Below, one piece after another: positions 60,300 through 64,000 of a DNA stretch of 64,000 bases. The notes under the pieces were generated by a model. It saw only the letters and a program-made list of their open reading frames with translations. It did no database searches and was not told the DNA's origin. Numbering within the stretch: the stretch's first letter is position 1; every line of letters begins with the position of its first letter. The stretch covers positions 21,242 to 85,241 of the forward strand of contig JAZQVN010000013.1 of assembly GCA_045631885.1 (NCBI GenBank), in the 5' to 3' direction. Both the position numbers and the translations under genes were made by a program. Source of the DNA: Bacilli bacterium (GTDB taxonomy: Bacteria; Bacillota_I; Bacilli_A; RFN20; CAG-826).

Positions 60300-61844
60300 T
60301 TATCTAGCATTTTTCATTAATGTTTTAATCTTGTCTCTACTGAGTAAGAATTCGTTTAAGCCATAGAGTCTAGTTAATTCTTCATCTAAAGCGACGAGTT
60401 CTTCTTTTAATAGACCGACGCTTAACACTTCAAATTTCTTTAATACTTTTGTCTTAAAGATGAAGTCATAAGCCTCTAATTCAGTTCCTCCACAGGCGAT
60501 ATAAGCAGGAACAAAGGAGTAGAGTTGTTTCATGATACGGTTACCAAAGGCAAGCTTGAAATGTTCAATGACAAAGTTATCGAGTTCAGCGAATTTCGCG
60601 ATGCTTTCTTCACTGACCGGATGTTCTTCTCTCGCCTTCGCGTATAATCCTAATAAATATTCCGCGGGCACAGGTAAGGCTTCTGTGTATGGAGCGTCGA
60701 ATGGTTGTGCTTTATTATCGAAGAATAAGGACACCGCTCTATCGTAGACCTTATCGGTGATAGTGAATGTGCTATCATCGTTATTCGCAGTACCAACAAA
60801 CCAAATATTTTGTGGGATTAATAATTTGCCACCTTCTAAGTGTTTTGGATCATCTTCTTTACCTGCAGCGATAACATCAACAATCCATTCTTTTGGATCA
60901 GGCATTTCCATGATGGATAAGAATTCAGCAAAATAGTATTCAATACGAGCTAAGTTCATTTCATCGAGAACGACGACGGAAATATCATTACGATATGTCG
61001 CTTCATAACAGGCTCTTAAGAATTCTGTTTCAGTGAATTTCTTGGTGAAGTCATTATAGTAACCTAATAATTCACTTCTATCTCTCCAAGATGGTTGAAC
61101 TGGACAAATAGATGCACTATGACGGAGGAATCGACCCATACAATATGGTAAAGATGTTTTACCTGTACCAGAGATACCTTCTAAGATAATCAAATGTCCT
61201 GTTCCCATTGCGGCGAAGAATTGTCTGACCACTTCTGGGGCATAGTATAACTTCATTTGAGAACAAGCGAAGTTTCTAAATCTTTCACAAATTTCCTTTA
61301 AGGAAATAGATGTAGAATCCGCTGGGAGTTCCGCAACGTAGTTACCTTCTTTATATTTATCATCGACTGTATAGAGCTTAGCAAATCTGCCTCCCACGAC
61401 GGAATCATCAGCAGCACCTTTTCCACGACCTCCGCCACCACCGGCTTCAATCACTGGAGAATAAGTACCATCAGCGTTACGTGATAAGGCTAAGATGCGA
61501 TCTTTTTCTCTTGTCACATCGTATAATTCGAGGTTTAATCTTTCGATTTCCTCTTTCATCTTCTCTTCATTTGACCCTTTAGCGCCTTTTTTGAAAATCT
61601 TTCTAATCGCCCAGATGAGTAATAACACGATTGAGGCGATGAAAAGCACACCAATAACAACGAAGATGACGAACATAATTGTTCCCACCACTCCAAATTG
61701 AGGTTGGTTTTCCGCGAAGACTAAAATGTAATCATCAGGGGAAAAGCGATAAGTTCCTTTGAAGATATTACCGATGTGAGTAAATAAGGTAGTAAAGACT
61801 CCGTTTACATAAAGTAGAAAACTTTGAAATCCATTCATAAACAA
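60300..61844 (-). CDS. Membrane-anchored McrB-family AAA+ (AAA_5) GTPase-domain protein
   Basis: It has N-terminal TM helices and a Gly-rich linker. Walker A is EGISGTGKT. ..VVLDEMNLARIEYYFAEFLSIME.. matches McrB FIIDEINRANLSKVFGE..LME, and ..NIWFVGTANNDDST...DRAVSLFF.. matches McrB IIGTMNTADRS...RRRF. Confidence 0.75.
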   Translation of the reverse strand: MFMNGFQSFLLYVNGVFTTLFTHIGNIFKGTYRFSPDDYILVFAENQPQFGVVGTIMFVIFVVIGVLFIASIVLLLIWAIRKIFKKGAKGSNEEKMKEEIERLNLELYDVTREKDRILALSRNADGTYSPVIEAGGGGGRGKGAADDSVVGGRFAKLYTVDDKYKEGNYVAELPADSTSISLKEICERFRNFACSQMKLYYAPEVVRQFFAAMGTGHLIILEGISGTGKTSLPYCMGRFLRHSASICPVQPSWRDRSELLGYYNDFTKKFTETEFLRACYEATYRNDISVVVLDEMNLARIEYYFAEFLSIMEMPDPKEWIVDVIAAGKEDDPKHLEGGKLLIPQNIWFVGTANNDDSTFTITDKVYDRAVSLFFDNKAQPFDAPYTEALPVPAEYLLGLYAKAREEHPVSEESIAKFAELDNFVIEHFKLAFGNRIMKQLYSFVPAYIACGGTELEAYDFIFKTKVLKKFEVLSVGLLKEELVALDEELTRLYGLNEFLLSRDKIKTLMKNAR

Positions 61845-61852
61845 AGCTCCTT

Positions 61853-62980
61853 TTAATCAATGATGCCAGTAAATGAGATATCAACATCAAAACTGGCGGA
61901 TGCTATTTCATCAGTCATATCAATATCCCAACCTTCGACATAGATACTAATAACGATTCTTTTCGTTTCTCCTTCTTTAATATGACAGATAGGAGTAAGT
62001 TTTCCTGCCAAATAGTTGACTTGATTGAATGCAAATGATTTTAGCGGATATGACTCTTCTTTTTTAATTTCGACTTGGTGGTTATTTGTGTCTAAGAAAG
62101 CACTACGATTATCGTTAACAAACGCCACTTGTTTAATGCCTTTCGCATGATTAGCAATAAAGGTGTTTTTGTTATCTTTTAATGGTTCAAGTTCGTTAAC
62201 TTCTCCATCCACGTAATTTGGCGTAGATTCATATTCACCATAAAGGATTTCTTTATTATCCTCATCGTAATCATAGTAGCCATCTTTATCTAAATCTAAG
62301 ATGCCACCGAAGTATGTTTGTTCACTGTTACCTAATGTATCAGCGGGCTTACAAACAACATATTGTTCATTCGTTAAGAATGAGTATCTGACAGCGTTTA
62401 CGACATTATCGAGTTTATCAGCGTGTAATTCACCATCACTCTTGGCTTCCGCTTCCACGTTTTTATCGTGATTAGGAGCTATGCCAGTGTTTTCCGATAA
62501 ATAGATATCCATTTCTCGTCCAGCGGTAAATACAAATGTATTTTGGACATAGAAATTGTCTTCGTCATCTTGAGTGGCCAAACTTGGTTTCTCATTAATC
62601 TTCGGTCTATAGTTTCTTCTAAATTGTGGTAATAATGTCTCATCAGTTTTCGTAGTTTCGTTATACCAATCATCTTGATACATACCACTGACTTGGCCTA
62701 AGTATTTGCCTTCGATACCTAACTGCTCTTTTGTGTAGCCATCTCCTTCTTCGTCCTCAACTGGATTTCCATCTTTATCTAATAGTTCGAGTTTTAACCA
62801 TGCGTTTTCTTCCAAATCGACACGCATATTCAAACTACCGATAATCGCTATATCGAGCATGTTATACCATGCCGCAGTAGCGACTGAGGAGGTGGCCACA
62901 CCAAAAGCAAAAAGTACTGCACATACAGCCATAAACTTAATCTTCTTATTTTTCAAAGGTGTAGATCTTTTAAAAGGCAT
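61853..62980 (-). CDS. TasA/camelysin-like secreted protein with a SipW-cognate signal peptide
   Basis: The N-terminus ..ATSSVATAAWYNMLDIAIIGSLNMRVDL.. aligns with TasA ..GGTWAAFNDIKSKDATFASGTLDL... Length is 375 aa. Confidence 0.6.
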   Translation of the reverse strand: MPFKRSTPLKNKKIKFMAVCAVLFAFGVATSSVATAAWYNMLDIAIIGSLNMRVDLEENAWLKLELLDKDGNPVEDEEGDGYTKEQLGIEGKYLGQVSGMYQDDWYNETTKTDETLLPQFRRNYRPKINEKPSLATQDDEDNFYVQNTFVFTAGREMDIYLSENTGIAPNHDKNVEAEAKSDGELHADKLDNVVNAVRYSFLTNEQYVVCKPADTLGNSEQTYFGGILDLDKDGYYDYDEDNKEILYGEYESTPNYVDGEVNELEPLKDNKNTFIANHAKGIKQVAFVNDNRSAFLDTNNHQVEIKKEESYPLKSFAFNQVNYLAGKLTPICHIKEGETKRIVISIYVEGWDIDMTDEIASASFDVDISFTGIID

Positions 62981-62982
62981 TA

Positions 62983-63882
62983 TTATATACCGAAGTGTAA
63001 TGACATAAGCATATAACCTGTGAATGGGAATGGATCTGGGTCTCTCTTTTCAAAGTAACAAACAAATGTAAATCTGAGTGAATCTTTGATTTCGACTGCA
63101 TTATCAACAATTCTCTTCTCGTTTGAGAAGTTGAATTTTTCACAATATCCATCAACACCATACTTTGTGGCAGGTTTGATACTATTATTTTCTTCATCAA
63201 TGACATAATCCGAGACGATTTCTCTGTGATTACTGTCGCCGTTATCGTACGCTTGTGTGAAAGGATTCGCCTGATTCCTTTCCTTGCCATAATAGTAATT
63301 ATGGATAACACCATCTTGGTCCTCGGTTTGAACGAGAACTCTAGCGCTTTCTAATAGTTGGGTATTTTCATATCCTTCTAAGTCAACTGCGTAGTTAACT
63401 CTTGTGGTCATTTCATTTGTCTCATTGGTGAGATAAACAGTGAACACTAAAGCGAGGTCACTAGGATCTTCAACCGCTTTTTTAGCTCTTCCTATATCCA
63501 CTAAATGGTTTTCATTCATGTTCGTGGAGCCGGTTAACTTCTTGTTAACGTTTAGATAATTAAGATATTCTTCAACATTTGACGCGGTGGTTTGTTCCAC
63601 TGTTCTAAGTGGTTCGCCTTGCGCATATGTCACAGGACTATCTTGCCCTTCTTCTTCACCTTCTCCGGATTCTCCTGAACCGAAACCAGTAAGGTGCATT
63701 TTGAAGTTAGAATTATCATCGCTTAATGGGTTATCAATACGAATTGTAAACGCTGAATTACCTTGAGGGAGTAAAGAAAGGACGAGAAAAAGGACTGCTA
63801 CACCAGATGATACAGCTAGACCAATTAAGCCCAGTCTCTTTAATAATCTATATCTCGCAATCTTTTTCGCTTCGCCTGTCAT
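62983..63882 (-). CDS. TapA-like (TasA anchoring/assembly) candidate, first gene of the operon
   Basis: It has a signal-anchor followed by ..GNSAFTIRIDN.. (compare TapA ..SAAFHDIE..). It is an acidic secreted protein with an AGAGGAGAGG RBS. Confidence 0.4.
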   Translation of the reverse strand: MTGEAKKIARYRLLKRLGLIGLAVSSGVAVLFLVLSLLPQGNSAFTIRIDNPLSDDNSNFKMHLTGFGSGESGEGEEEGQDSPVTYAQGEPLRTVEQTTASNVEEYLNYLNVNKKLTGSTNMNENHLVDIGRAKKAVEDPSDLALVFTVYLTNETNEMTTRVNYAVDLEGYENTQLLESARVLVQTEDQDGVIHNYYYGKERNQANPFTQAYDNGDSNHREIVSDYVIDEENNSIKPATKYGVDGYCEKFNFSNEKRIVDNAVEIKDSLRFTFVCYFEKRDPDPFPFTGYMLMSLHFGI

Positions 63883-64000
63883 AATAAAACCTCTCCTCTA
63901 GGTATGAAGAAATCGCTATTACCAATCTAATTACTTCTTTTGTTGCCGCAAAAGGATAATCAAATAAGCATTAGCTAACTGCCCTATTGGAGAAGACGGT

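Noticed and set aside
58915-61844. Interpreting the McrB-like/460-aa pair as an ordinary McrBC restriction cassette that happens to sit in the operon
   Set aside because: This is not fully rejected, but it is considered less likely. The GTPase has N-terminal TM helices. No PD-(D/E)xK motif is evident in the partner. The genes are spaced 3 nt from the flanking TasA-like and sipW genes on the same strand.

Overview
This 64-kb window comes from a low-GC (about 33-35% GC) Firmicutes/Mollicutes-like chromosome that uses the standard genetic code. No long ORF is interrupted by TGA, and TAA, TAG and TGA all act as stops. L22 and L3 carry Lys/Ala/Glu-rich extensions, OppC/OppD/OppF carry large inserts, and many envelope proteins are lipoproteins or membrane-anchored. 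Together these point to an Acholeplasma/Erysipelotrichia-like lineage.

Content from left to right:
1. The 5' part of the S10 ribosomal-protein operon on the minus strand: rpsC (partial), rplV, rpsS, rplB, rplW, rplD, rplC, rpsJ. It has a near-consensus sigma-A promoter and a leader of about 130 nt.
2. A divergent non-coding region of about 1 kb. It contains a GC-enriched, highly structured candidate ncRNA of about 350 nt that ends in a long terminator hairpin.
3. A RhuM/Fic(Doc)-type protein with a variant active-site motif.
4. A prs-tgt-queA-queH operon.
5. A PHP phosphatase plus small membrane and zinc-ribbon proteins.
6. A 1377-aa cell-envelope S8 subtilase with an unusual Cys/Gly C-terminal anchor.
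7. A Mollicutes-style oppA(Big_2 lipoprotein)-oppB-oppC-oppD-oppF operon.
8. A P-loop kinase, a candidate type-I toxin/antisense-RNA locus, a GT14-like glycosyltransferase, a topoisomerase-type zinc-ribbon protein and a second subtilase lipoprotein.
9. addB-addA, a UDG-like gene, hydrolases, folA-thyA, glycerate kinase, a MATE transporter and an ALDH.
10. A minus-strand operon of about 14 kb (49.7-63.9 kb). It combines an archaeal-type signal peptidase (SipW-like), at least three TasA/camelysin-like proteins with SipW-cognate signal peptides (one a 1403-aa repeat giant), a TapA-like protein, a membrane-anchored degenerate GGDEF-EAL protein, and a membrane-anchored McrB-family AAA+ GTPase with a 460-aa partner.

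Item 10 is the best candidate for a previously undescribed system. No rRNA, tRNA, CRISPR array or IS element was detected.
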